The notes beneath the pieces are model-generated. The model ran no database searches. It worked only from the letters and a program-made list of their open reading frames with translations, and was not told where the DNA came from. A DNA stretch of 64,000 bases, from the NCBI GenBank assembly GCA_963693055.1, contig OY843751.1, positions 992,001 through 1,056,000 on the forward strand. The letters run 5' to 3'. A program made the translations under genes and the position numbers. This document shows positions 9,975 through 19,383 of this stretch, piece after piece; position 1 is the first letter of the stretch, and every line of letters begins with the position of its first letter. Origin of the DNA: a bacterium (GTDB taxonomy: Bacteria > Zhuqueibacterota > Zhuqueibacteria > Residuimicrobiales > Krinioviventaceae).

Positions 9975-10709
9975 TTGAGAGATACAATTTATTCTACACC
10001 TCAGCAGCAGGTATCCGGGTTTGTATTTGATGATAAAGTGGCAAATGTCTTTCCGGATATGATTAAACGTTCCGTTCCGGGATATGGAGATATTATTAAT
10101 ATGCTGCCGGTTTTGACGCGTTATTATGTTAAAGCCAACACACGCTTGTATGATTTGGGCAGTTCTTTAGGTGCTTCTACTTTTGCTATGCAATGTGGTG
10201 TTGATAAACCGGGATGCCGCATTATTTCTGTTGATAATTCACTGTCAATGCTTGAAAAATCTCTGGAATTAACCCAGGCGGGTTCAGCTCCACAATTTGC
10301 TGAAATTGAAAGAGTTTGTGCCGATATTCGGGATATTGAATACAGTAATGCATCAGTAGTTGTAATGAACTTTACCTTACAGTTTATAGAGCCTGATAAC
10401 AAAAATCGTGAAAAGTTGATTAGAACGATATTTGATGGAATGATACCTGGTGGGATTTTAATTATTTCTGAAAAGATCCATTTTCCCGATGATGTTGAGC
10501 AGAAGAATATGACCAATTTGCATTTGGCATTTAAGCGATTTCAGGGTTATAGTGAACTGGAGATCCACCAAAAGCGAACTTCGTTGGAAAATGTGCTTTT
10601 AACGGACAGTGCAGAGCAGCATCTTGAGCGTTTAAGAAACACTGGATTTGGACACGTGCAGCAGTGGTACCAGTCATTAAATTTTTGTTCATTTATGGCA
10701 GTTAAATGA
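9975..10709 (+). CDS. cmoA: Carboxy-S-adenosyl-L-methionine synthase
   Basis: FVFDDKVANVFPDMIKRSVPGY, DLGSSLGA, NFTLQF, GYSELEI..KR..LENV; likely TTG start 9975 after GAGGA. Confidence 0.93.
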   Translation: MRDTIYSTPQQQVSGFVFDDKVANVFPDMIKRSVPGYGDIINMLPVLTRYYVKANTRLYDLGSSLGASTFAMQCGVDKPGCRIISVDNSLSMLEKSLELTQAGSAPQFAEIERVCADIRDIEYSNASVVVMNFTLQFIEPDNKNREKLIRTIFDGMIPGGILIISEKIHFPDDVEQKNMTNLHLAFKRFQGYSELEIHQKRTSLENVLLTDSAEQHLERLRNTGFGHVQQWYQSLNFCSFMAVK

Positions 10710-11680
10710 TGGATTATACGTCTTTATATAATTTTATGGATAATACCCGTCTGGCAGACTGGCGAGATCTGTTAAAAAGGCAGATCGACGAAGCTCTTGA
10801 TGAGTCATCGAATGGTGATCTCGCAAAATGGAATGCAATATTAAAATCTCTTCCATGTTCCAAGCCTACCCACATTGATCTGGATCAGGGGGCCATTCTT
10901 ATTGGTGAGCCCGATGATACTACCAGAGAAAAGCGTAAATTCATTGAGCAGACCATGAAGCAGTTTCATCCCTGGCGCAAGGGACCTTATTCTTTATTTG
11001 GAATTCATATTGATACAGAGTGGCGATCGGACTGGAAATGGGACCGGGTAAAAGATCATATTACTCCCCTTGAAGATCGTGTGGTTCTGGATGTGGGGAG
11101 TGGGAATGGATACCATGGTTGGCGTATGTTGGGAGCCGGAGCCAAACTTGTAATTGGTATTGATCCGTTTTTGTTAAGCGTTGTACAGTATCATGCAATA
11201 AAACATTTTATTGGTGATGAACCCATGTATGTTGTGCCGGTTGGTGTTGAAAAAATGCCAGAAAACCTTAAAGTGTTTGATACGGTTTTCTCCATGGGGG
11301 TTATGTATCATCGTCGTTCTCCCATTGATCATCTTTATGAATTAAAAAGTTTTCTAAGACCGGGAGGAGAGCTGGTATTGGAAACACTAGTAATAGATGG
11401 CGGCCCTGAAAAGGTTTTGGTCCCTGAAGACCGCTATGCACAAATGCGCAATGTTTGGTTTGTTCCCAGTTGTTTAACGCTTGAAAGTTGGTTAAAAAGA
11501 TGTGGGTTCAATGATGTGAGATGTGTAAATATTACCAAAACAACTTTTGGAGAACAACGATCAACAGATTGGATGCAATGGGATTCATTAGCAAATTTTT
11601 TGGATCCTGAGAATCCCAATTTGACTATTGAAGGGTACCCTGCTCCTGTCCGTGCAGTCTTTATTGCGAATGTAGGTTAG
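10706..11680 (+). CDS. cmoB: tRNA 5-carboxymethoxyuridine (cmo5U34) carboxymethyltransferase
   Basis: PWRKGPY, IDTEWRSDWKW, SMGVMYHRRSP, RYAQMRNVWF, TIEGYPAP; overlaps cmoA stop. Confidence 0.95.
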   Translation: MMDYTSLYNFMDNTRLADWRDLLKRQIDEALDESSNGDLAKWNAILKSLPCSKPTHIDLDQGAILIGEPDDTTREKRKFIEQTMKQFHPWRKGPYSLFGIHIDTEWRSDWKWDRVKDHITPLEDRVVLDVGSGNGYHGWRMLGAGAKLVIGIDPFLLSVVQYHAIKHFIGDEPMYVVPVGVEKMPENLKVFDTVFSMGVMYHRRSPIDHLYELKSFLRPGGELVLETLVIDGGPEKVLVPEDRYAQMRNVWFVPSCLTLESWLKRCGFNDVRCVNITKTTFGEQRSTDWMQWDSLANFLDPENPNLTIEGYPAPVRAVFIANVG

Positions 11681-11687
11681 GTATTAA

Positions 11688-12959
11688 TTATTGCCCGTTA
11701 CTGAGTGAATCTGAATGAATTGTAATGTGTGACGGAGGGAATTGTTTCGCATCAAGTGATTCAATTAACACAAATTTTGATGATTCTACAATTGCCTGCT
11801 TTATACCCATTACTTCTATAATGATTTTAAAACTGTTGGGCATGTAACCACAGCTTTCTACTAAATTATTCTCAACGACCTTGAGCATATCTTTGTCAGA
11901 AAGAAAATGTACTGCTTCTTTAACACCAACTGTAAAGAAACTGGAAATCAGAATGATTGTATTCCCTCTGGGAGCTCTTATCTTGATAATTGTTACATAA
12001 TCTTTATGAAGCATGTCTTCATTAAATTCAGTAATAAATGTGGTTGTGTCATTTTCTGAAAAATTGTAAATAATTCTGTCTCTATTATTGATTTCCAGAT
12101 CTGCTTCAGAAATATAATTAGACAAGATTCCCAAAGACCTGTTGTTGCCAATATATACAATGTTTTGCTCGTCAATCAGATTTGGGGTCAGTTTGGATGC
12201 CCGTCTTAGGACAAATTGTCTGGGTACAGAGTTTAACACTTTGATAATTCCGGCCAAGGACCAAATTGTAGAATAGGGAAAGTAGGTCTGATCTGCTGCT
12301 CTAATTAAGCTTTTATCCTTGGGGAAAATGATATCACCCATTTCTTCTTTGCTGTTGATCCAGGTGTCTCGAATATGCACTGAACGTTTATCTATCATAA
12401 TGGGGTAATTGTAATAAAAGTGGTCACCACATACAATTACAGATTCTTTGTCTTTTGACATAAAACTACCCCATATGGGATCATTATCATCAACAATCTG
12501 ATAGTAATTCAATTGTTTTTCTGAACGATAAAACAGAAATGATAAAGTAACAATGATCAATAAACAGAGTATTAATGCTATATTAACAGGTTTAATTCTG
12601 GAACCTAAAGGTTTTTTTTCTTTTTTAAAATTTCTTTCAGTGATTTTTATTACATAATTACCTTTAGGAATTTCAATGATATATTTATCAGTCTTGCCTT
12701 CGTTGTTGTAATAATCATCCAGCTTTTTGCGAAGGTTGTGTATATGAACGCGGACGAGAGGGTCTTCTCCGGGAATAAAGTTTTCATCTTTCCGAAAGAC
12801 CTCCTGAGCAATAGTAACCTCTTTTGGAGATATATCATCAATAGAACATTGAATTAAATATTCTAACAAATATTTGCTATTCTTGCTGTTCTTGAATTGC
12901 TCACTTGATAGAATTTTTTCCTGTATGTCATTTAATAATTTTTTATCTGCTTCTATCAT
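11688..12959 (-). CDS. Membrane-anchored transcriptional regulator (N-terminal winged HTH, single TM, extracytoplasmic domain)
   Basis: N-terminal IL.S..F..S...LLEYL...KEVTIAQEVF...DPLVRVHIHNLRKKLDDYY...IEIPKGNY; TM segment IALILCLLIIVTLSFLF; divergent from TBDR. Confidence 0.7.
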   Translation of the reverse strand: MIEADKKLLNDIQEKILSSEQFKNSKNSKYLLEYLIQCSIDDISPKEVTIAQEVFRKDENFIPGEDPLVRVHIHNLRKKLDDYYNNEGKTDKYIIEIPKGNYVIKITERNFKKEKKPLGSRIKPVNIALILCLLIIVTLSFLFYRSEKQLNYYQIVDDNDPIWGSFMSKDKESVIVCGDHFYYNYPIMIDKRSVHIRDTWINSKEEMGDIIFPKDKSLIRAADQTYFPYSTIWSLAGIIKVLNSVPRQFVLRRASKLTPNLIDEQNIVYIGNNRSLGILSNYISEADLEINNRDRIIYNFSENDTTTFITEFNEDMLHKDYVTIIKIRAPRGNTIILISSFFTVGVKEAVHFLSDKDMLKVVENNLVESCGYMPNSFKIIIEVMGIKQAIVESSKFVLIESLDAKQFPPSHITIHSDSLSNGQ

Positions 12960-13025
12960 GAAAGGCTTTCATTTTTGATAAAAAATAAAATGGAATGAAA
13001 AATATTTTTAACAAATATAAAGATA

Positions 13026-13117
13026 TTGTTAATTAACAACTTTAACAAAGTAAGTAATTACTTTAAAAACAACAAGTATTTTTTTTAACATTGTTAGAGA
13101 TGTTTTTTAACCGTTAA
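13026..13117. promoter_or_regulatory. Cluster of TTAAC/GTTAA palindromes, candidate operators
   Basis: TTGTTAATTAACAA (13026-13039), TAACA-T-TGTTA (13086-13096), TTAAC-C-GTTAA (13107-13117). Confidence 0.45.
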
Positions 13118-13230
13118 TTTACTTGTTTTGCATCGAATATGTTTATATTATTAACACATAATAATTTATGCTGTAGGAATTATTATGCTTGTTCTCCCTC
13201 AATTTTTAGCCTCATCATAAAGGAGTGAAA

Positions 13231-16191
13231 ATGTATAATAAAAGATTATTTTGGTCAGTTTTACTTTGTATGGCCTTGTTTGTATCTTTTACTCCCTCTT
13301 TCGCCGCTACCTCCGGCCAGGTGCAGGGAACCATTACTGATGCTTCAACACAGGAAAGTTTGCCAGGTGCAAACGTATTTTTAAAAGGAACTGCTATTGG
13401 TAGTGCATCCGATCTTGAAGGTCAATTTAGGATAGCAAATATTCCTCCTGGCAATTATACACTTGTTGTCTCTTATATGGGATATATTCAGCAAGAAGTT
13501 CCTATTCAAATTGCTGCCAATCGTACCTTGACACAAAATATTAAAATGGACTATAGCGTTGTTGATGTTGAAGGTGAAGTAATTATTACCGCTCAACGTG
13601 AAGGCCAGGTTGCCGCTATAAACCAGCAAATTACTTCTGATCAGATTGTGAATATTGTTTCTGCAGAACGTATACAGGAGTTGCCCGATGCTAATGCTGC
13701 TGAATCTATTGGACGTTTACCGGGTATTGCCGTACAGCGTAGCGGTGGTGAAGCGCAGACTTTGATGATTCGCGGACTTGATGCCAAGTATACAACTATA
13801 TCTTTAAATGGTGTACAGATACCCGCAACAAGCGCTGATGACCGTTCTGTGGATCTTAGTGTGTTGTCACAGGAAACTTTGGCAGGTATTGAAGTTTATA
13901 AAGCCATTACACCTGATCAGGATGCAGACGCGATTGCAGGCGCAATAAATCTTGTAACCGGAAAAGCCCCTGAAGGACAGAAAATAAGACTTGATGTAAT
14001 TGGATCTTATAATGATTTGGAACAATCCACTAGCCAATATGATGTTAGTGGAAGATATAGTAATAGATATATGACAGGCAAATTGGGTATTCAAGCAGGT
14101 GCACAAGCAGAAAAACGTGACCGTAGTACAGAATCTTTTGTAGATTCCTGGAATATACCAGCAAACCTTGATTATTCAATCAGTAACTTAACCGTTGGGT
14201 ATACTGATGAAACCCGCGAACGTTATGGCGCAGATATAACATTCGATTATAATACCTCTGATGGTGGGAATATTAAATTTATTAATATATTTAGTAATAC
14301 CAATCGTGAAAGATATTACTCATCACGTAATTATAATACTGGTGGTGATAATGTTGTATATACCGGACGAGCAACTGACACTGAAATTCAAACCTGGAAC
14401 AATTCGCTTGTTGGTGAAAACCATTTGTTTGGTTTTGACATGGATTGGGCATTGGCTCATGCCTATACACGAAATTCCACTCCATTTGATCATGATATGG
14501 AATTCCGCGAAAACCAGACTACTACGTCTGGTATGAAAAGTGAAATATATGAAGAAGAATATAAACGTGTTTCCGGTAAAGAGTTGATACCACTTGCATG
14601 GAACAATTTTGAAGCCGGTTTTTTAAGAGATGCTACATTTTCACAAAGTGAAAATAATGAAAGAAATTATGTAGCGCGAATTGATTTGAAAAAAGAGTTT
14701 AATCTAACTACAAAGATTGCTGGTTTTATTAAAGTGGGTTACAAATACCGTGATAAAGAACGTGAGCGTGATTCTGATGTAAGATTTGCTCCTTATTGGC
14801 TGCGTTCTTCACAAGATAGTGTCTATACAGATAGCGGAAGTTTAGTAGCCAAAGATTATGCAAATTCTTTATGGCCAAATGGATCTAATAATTTATTGGT
14901 AGACTGTTTAACCGGACCTCCGTATGCTTCTCGTACTTTGTATGATGATTATGAGTTAAATCCGGTAATTAATGGATATATGGTTAGAGAATGGTATAAT
15001 TTTAATGGACGTGGAGCCCGTAATGTTACTTCAGATGGTGTAACTTCGAGCTTGTACGAATATGTTTATATGCTTTACAGTAACAGAGATAAATATCACG
15101 TTAAAGAAAATATTAATGCAACATATTTAATGACCAAACTCAATTGGGGACAGACAGTGTCTTTGATTGCTGGTGTTCGCTATGAAAAAGAAAATAATGA
15201 TTATACTGCCAAGTTTATTCCAAATGTATCAGGCTTTTTAGAATATCAATCAGCAGTAATGTATGATACAACCGCAAACTTTGATAATGAACATTGGCTG
15301 CCCAATTTTCATCTTCGAATTAAACCTTTAAAATGGTTTGATGTACGTTTAGCAGCAACAAAATCACTTACCAGACCCGATTTTTCAATGCGTTTACCCT
15401 ATTTGTATGTGAATAATCAAGATCAGGAATTAGAACGTGGAAATTCTGGTCTAAAACCAGCGTTGGCTTGGAACTATGATGCAAGTGTTTCTCTTTACAA
15501 ATCTGAATTTGGTTTGTTGACTGTTTCCGGTTTTTCTAAAAAAATTGATAATGTATTTTATTGGTTAAACAATGTGAAAATTTTGAATACATCTCATGCT
15601 GATAGTATTGGACTTCCGAGTGAATGGGGACCCTATAAAGGTATGGAAATGTCTGAACCCGTTAGCGTTGATGGTACTGATGTGTATGGATATGAAATTG
15701 ATTTGCAAACCCATATGTTCTTTCTGCCGGGTATGTTGAAAAATATTGTTGTAAACGCAAACTTTTCAAAAATTTGGTCACATACAAAATATCCAAGGTT
15801 TAAAATTAAAGAAGATAATTCTTCTTTCCCACCCAAGTTGTCTCCATATTATTATTTCACAGAACGTCCTTTAACAGGACAAACAGATTATACCGGGAAT
15901 ATTGCAATTGGTTATGATCAGGGTGGTTTCTCTACAAGATTGTCAGTTTACTTTCAGGGACCCTATTTGTCTTCTATTGATTCTAATGAAAATTTGGACC
16001 AATATCGTAAAAGTTTTTCAAGATGGGACCTTTCAGTTAAACAACAGGTTACTCAAAATATTGCAATTTTTGCCAATATTAACAACTTAACTAACACCAT
16101 AGAAGGAAATTACTATGGATTTAAGGAAATTGACAGAGGAGGTGAGGTAACTGGTATATCCGGAGATATCGGATTACGTTTTACTTTATAA
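13231..16191 (+). CDS. TonB-dependent receptor with N-terminal carboxypeptidase-regulatory-like domain
   Basis: Signal peptide; GTITDASTQESLPGANV; plug ELPDANAAESIGRLPGI, IEVYKAITPDQDADAIAG; NINNLTN; C-terminal GLRFTL. Confidence 0.93.
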   Translation: MYNKRLFWSVLLCMALFVSFTPSFAATSGQVQGTITDASTQESLPGANVFLKGTAIGSASDLEGQFRIANIPPGNYTLVVSYMGYIQQEVPIQIAANRTLTQNIKMDYSVVDVEGEVIITAQREGQVAAINQQITSDQIVNIVSAERIQELPDANAAESIGRLPGIAVQRSGGEAQTLMIRGLDAKYTTISLNGVQIPATSADDRSVDLSVLSQETLAGIEVYKAITPDQDADAIAGAINLVTGKAPEGQKIRLDVIGSYNDLEQSTSQYDVSGRYSNRYMTGKLGIQAGAQAEKRDRSTESFVDSWNIPANLDYSISNLTVGYTDETRERYGADITFDYNTSDGGNIKFINIFSNTNRERYYSSRNYNTGGDNVVYTGRATDTEIQTWNNSLVGENHLFGFDMDWALAHAYTRNSTPFDHDMEFRENQTTTSGMKSEIYEEEYKRVSGKELIPLAWNNFEAGFLRDATFSQSENNERNYVARIDLKKEFNLTTKIAGFIKVGYKYRDKERERDSDVRFAPYWLRSSQDSVYTDSGSLVAKDYANSLWPNGSNNLLVDCLTGPPYASRTLYDDYELNPVINGYMVREWYNFNGRGARNVTSDGVTSSLYEYVYMLYSNRDKYHVKENINATYLMTKLNWGQTVSLIAGVRYEKENNDYTAKFIPNVSGFLEYQSAVMYDTTANFDNEHWLPNFHLRIKPLKWFDVRLAATKSLTRPDFSMRLPYLYVNNQDQELERGNSGLKPALAWNYDASVSLYKSEFGLLTVSGFSKKIDNVFYWLNNVKILNTSHADSIGLPSEWGPYKGMEMSEPVSVDGTDVYGYEIDLQTHMFFLPGMLKNIVVNANFSKIWSHTKYPRFKIKEDNSSFPPKLSPYYYFTERPLTGQTDYTGNIAIGYDQGGFSTRLSVYFQGPYLSSIDSNENLDQYRKSFSRWDLSVKQQVTQNIAIFANINNLTNTIEGNYYGFKEIDRGGEVTGISGDIGLRFTL

Positions 16192-16234
16192 GTACACTAA
16201 TTCACAATAACATAAATTAATTTCGGAGGAAATT

Positions 16235-17866
16235 ATGCGTTATCTTGGTACTTTGTTATTCGTTGTTCTGGTTCTGGCTATTATGGCCCCAATGGTATCT
16301 GCAGATACTGTTGTTGATCCAACAGCTGGTTTTGTTAATGAAATCATTAACGGTGATACCACTGCAACTGGTGCACGTAACGATTCAGTTTATGTTTTTC
16401 AACGTGGCGCTACCTATTATGCGCGTAATGAAATTACTAACCGTGGTTGGACTATGGTATTGAAGGCTGAAGAAGGCGATGGCCCATTACCAGTAATTAC
16501 TACTTTTATTGAAGAAGATGGTGATATTGAGCACCGTTTGGTGACTGGCCGTGCAGATGTTTATTTGTATGATTTATACTTTGATGGTATGGGACCAGAA
16601 GTAGATGATTATACTGTTCAAGATCCATTGCTGCCAATGAATGGTCAGTTGTTAAATGCAAACGCTTCAGGTGCTGTATTTGTAATGGATGGTTGTATTG
16701 CAAATAATGCAGGTCAAGTACTTTTGCGTTCTTCCAGTGGCGCACGTAAAGTTCAGCTAACCAACTCTATTTTCTGTAATGCAGGTCAGTTGTCTCGTGA
16801 TAACCTGGGTAATGGTCGTTTGTTTGATTTACGTGACGGTGCAACAGATACAATTATTGTTAAAAACTGTACTATTATTAATGGTGAAGATCGTGTGATC
16901 CGCCATCAGGATGCTAGTGGAAAAAATAACTTTTTGAGCTATTGTGAATTTGATCACGTAACCATTGCAAACTGGTTGGGTTCTTTTGGTTTTATCCAGT
17001 TAGGCGATTTGGGTGAACCTGGTTTGAAAATGACCAACTGTCTGTTTGTTAACCCCATGTGTCTTGGTGAAGATCCTGATGATGCATGGCGTATTCAGGA
17101 ATTTGGTTGGTTCTCTGGCGAATGGTATGAAGAAGAAGTAAGACCTAAAATGCCATTGTTACGTGATGAACCGAATGTATCTGATACTTTGACTGTAGTT
17201 CCTAATTTCTTTATTCAAAACAATGTTGTTCATTACCAGGATCCAGTAATTGAATTTTTCGATACTTATGAACTCAATCCTGCACCTGTAATGACTGATC
17301 GTATTGCTTCAATGAATAGTGCTGAAGGCTCAAGTATTCTTGAAACCGAAACTTCTGTTGAATTTACAAATTGTGCAGATATTCCATTGGATCTGATGTA
17401 TTGGTATCGTGATAATCAAGGTGCTGTTATTTCTGATGAAGTTGAAATGGACAGACGTTCACGTGAATTCTGGTCAGATTCTTTGGATATGAGCTATGAA
17501 GTTGCTAATGATGCTTTTGTAGGTACCGATGGTTTACCAGTTGGTGATACCAATTGGGCAAGTATTGTTACTACTGGTATCAATGACGATGCCAAAGCTC
17601 CTGCAACTATGGCATTGAACCAAAATTACCCCAATCCTTTCAACCCAACCACTTCTATCAACTATACTTTGAAAAAGAGTGGCATGGTGACTTTGAAAGT
17701 TTTTGATACATTAGGTCGCGAAGTTTCTACCCTGGTTAACAAAAATGTTGCTGCGGGTAGTTATGATGTAACTTTTGACGGTGCAAGTCTTGCTTCAGGT
17801 GTATATTTCTACACATTGAAAACAGATAATCAGACTCTTACCCGCAAGATGTTACTTGTGAAATAA
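16235..17866 (+). CDS. Secreted probable beta-helix protein with T9SS type A/FlgD-like sorting domain
   Basis: Signal peptide; beta-helix-like repeats (NSIF, NCTI, HVTI, NCLF); LNQNYPNPFNPTT...KMLLVK. Confidence 0.8.
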   Translation: MRYLGTLLFVVLVLAIMAPMVSADTVVDPTAGFVNEIINGDTTATGARNDSVYVFQRGATYYARNEITNRGWTMVLKAEEGDGPLPVITTFIEEDGDIEHRLVTGRADVYLYDLYFDGMGPEVDDYTVQDPLLPMNGQLLNANASGAVFVMDGCIANNAGQVLLRSSSGARKVQLTNSIFCNAGQLSRDNLGNGRLFDLRDGATDTIIVKNCTIINGEDRVIRHQDASGKNNFLSYCEFDHVTIANWLGSFGFIQLGDLGEPGLKMTNCLFVNPMCLGEDPDDAWRIQEFGWFSGEWYEEEVRPKMPLLRDEPNVSDTLTVVPNFFIQNNVVHYQDPVIEFFDTYELNPAPVMTDRIASMNSAEGSSILETETSVEFTNCADIPLDLMYWYRDNQGAVISDEVEMDRRSREFWSDSLDMSYEVANDAFVGTDGLPVGDTNWASIVTTGINDDAKAPATMALNQNYPNPFNPTTSINYTLKKSGMVTLKVFDTLGREVSTLVNKNVAAGSYDVTFDGASLASGVYFYTLKTDNQTLTRKMLLVK

Positions 17867-17878
17867 TCTCCTTCCTTC

Positions 17879-17910
17879 AACCCGGAGGTTAATAACCTCC
17901 GGGTTTTTTT
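17879..17910 (+). terminator. Intrinsic terminator of TBDR operon
   Basis: AACCCGGAGGTTA-A-TAACCTCCGGGTT + T-run. Confidence 0.85.
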
Positions 17911-17946
17911 ATCTCTAATTTATATTTGAATCAATAAATGGTTGGT

Positions 17947-19194
17947 TTATACCCATCCCCTGAGTTCACACGCTTCTGCAACCCGTGCAACCCCTACAAT
18001 CGTTGCGGCAAGTCGTGGATGAACATGTTTTTCTTTAACCGCGGACATGACGGTATGATAAGCGGTGGTCAGTTTTTCATCGAGTCGGGTGTGGACTGTG
18101 TTTTCATCCCAAAAATCAGATGTTGCATTCTGGACCATCTCAAAATGAGATACGGTAACCCCTCCGGCACTTGCTAAAATATCGGGTATTACATGTACTC
18201 CCTTGTTATTGAGAATGATATCCGCTTCAGGAGTGGTGGGGCCGTTTGCAAGTTCACAAACAATTTTTGCTTTGATTTTTTCTGCATTATGAGCGGTTAT
18301 TGCATTTTCCAGCGCCGCCGGGTAAAGGATGTCTACATCTGCTTCCAGAATAGAATCCCGGTCAACGGCTTTACCTCCGGGAAACCCTGCAATGGTACCG
18401 TGTGTGAGTTTCCATGTTACCAGTTCTTTTACATCCAGCCCGTCTGCATTGTAAAGACCACCGCGGGAATCGCAAACTGCGGTTAATCTGCCTCCACCCA
18501 ACAGTTCGTTATGCAACAACGCCGCACGCTGTCCGGCATTTCCAAATCCTTGAATGGCAAATGTACCGGTGGGATCAATGTTCAGCACTTTACATGCTTC
18601 TCGCACGGTGATAACTCCACCCCGTGCTGTGGCATCGCGTCTGCCTTCGGTACCACCGATTTTTTGCGGCTTGTCTGTTAATACACCAGGATGATGGCGT
18701 TGGGTAATCACTTCAAATTCATCCATCATCCAGGCCATAATCTGGGGATTTGTGTACACATCTGGAGCAGGGACGTCTTTGTCAATTCCCAGATATGAAG
18801 CTGATGCCCGAATATACGCTCTTGAAACGTTTTCCATTTCACGTTCAGACATGTTACGAGGATCGCAGCATACACCGCCTTTACCACCGCCAAGTGGTAA
18901 ACCCGCAACTGCGGTTTTCCAGGTCATCCAGCACGCTAGCGCGCGTATGGTATCTACTGTTTCATCCGGATGAAAGCGTATACCGCCTTTTGAGGGACCA
19001 CGGGCTGTGTTGTATTGAATGCGCCAGGCGTGATAGATTTTAACAGAGCCATCATCCATTTTGACCGGAAGGGTAAATTTAAATTCACGTTGGGGCCAGA
19101 TCAACAAGTCGGTTGTTGCCTGATCAAGATTCAATAACCTGGCGGCTTCCAGAACTTGTTTTTGTGCCACATTAAAAGAGTTGTATGATTGCAT
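17947..19194 (-). CDS. Glu/Leu/Phe/Val dehydrogenase (probably NAD(P)-dependent glutamate dehydrogenase)
   Basis: GPSKGGIRFHP, MTWK, GGGKGG, DVPAPD, IQGFGNAG, ELANGPTT. Confidence 0.9.
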   Translation of the reverse strand: MQSYNSFNVAQKQVLEAARLLNLDQATTDLLIWPQREFKFTLPVKMDDGSVKIYHAWRIQYNTARGPSKGGIRFHPDETVDTIRALACWMTWKTAVAGLPLGGGKGGVCCDPRNMSEREMENVSRAYIRASASYLGIDKDVPAPDVYTNPQIMAWMMDEFEVITQRHHPGVLTDKPQKIGGTEGRRDATARGGVITVREACKVLNIDPTGTFAIQGFGNAGQRAALLHNELLGGGRLTAVCDSRGGLYNADGLDVKELVTWKLTHGTIAGFPGGKAVDRDSILEADVDILYPAALENAITAHNAEKIKAKIVCELANGPTTPEADIILNNKGVHVIPDILASAGGVTVSHFEMVQNATSDFWDENTVHTRLDEKLTTAYHTVMSAVKEKHVHPRLAATIVGVARVAEACELRGWV

Positions 19195-19208
19195 TGTTTA
19201 GCTTCCTG

Positions 19209-19382
19209 TTAAGAGTTTTTATTCTTGTCATTTTCCGGATGATCGTGGGAATCCAGAAATATACGATACCAGCAGCCTTTACACATCAAGGCCCGATCAA
19301 CCCGTAACAAGACTTGTTCCCAGGGTGAAAGTTTTCGCCCGCAATGGGGACATGTTTCAGGCACTTTTTCTTGTGTATTCAC
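19209..19382 (-). CDS. Small Zn-ribbon protein
   Basis: CPHCG...CKGCW; GTG start 19382 directly after the upstream stop, 14 bp before the next gene. Confidence 0.7.
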   Translation of the reverse strand: MNTQEKVPETCPHCGRKLSPWEQVLLRVDRALMCKGCWYRIFLDSHDHPENDKNKNS

Positions 19383-19383
19383 G

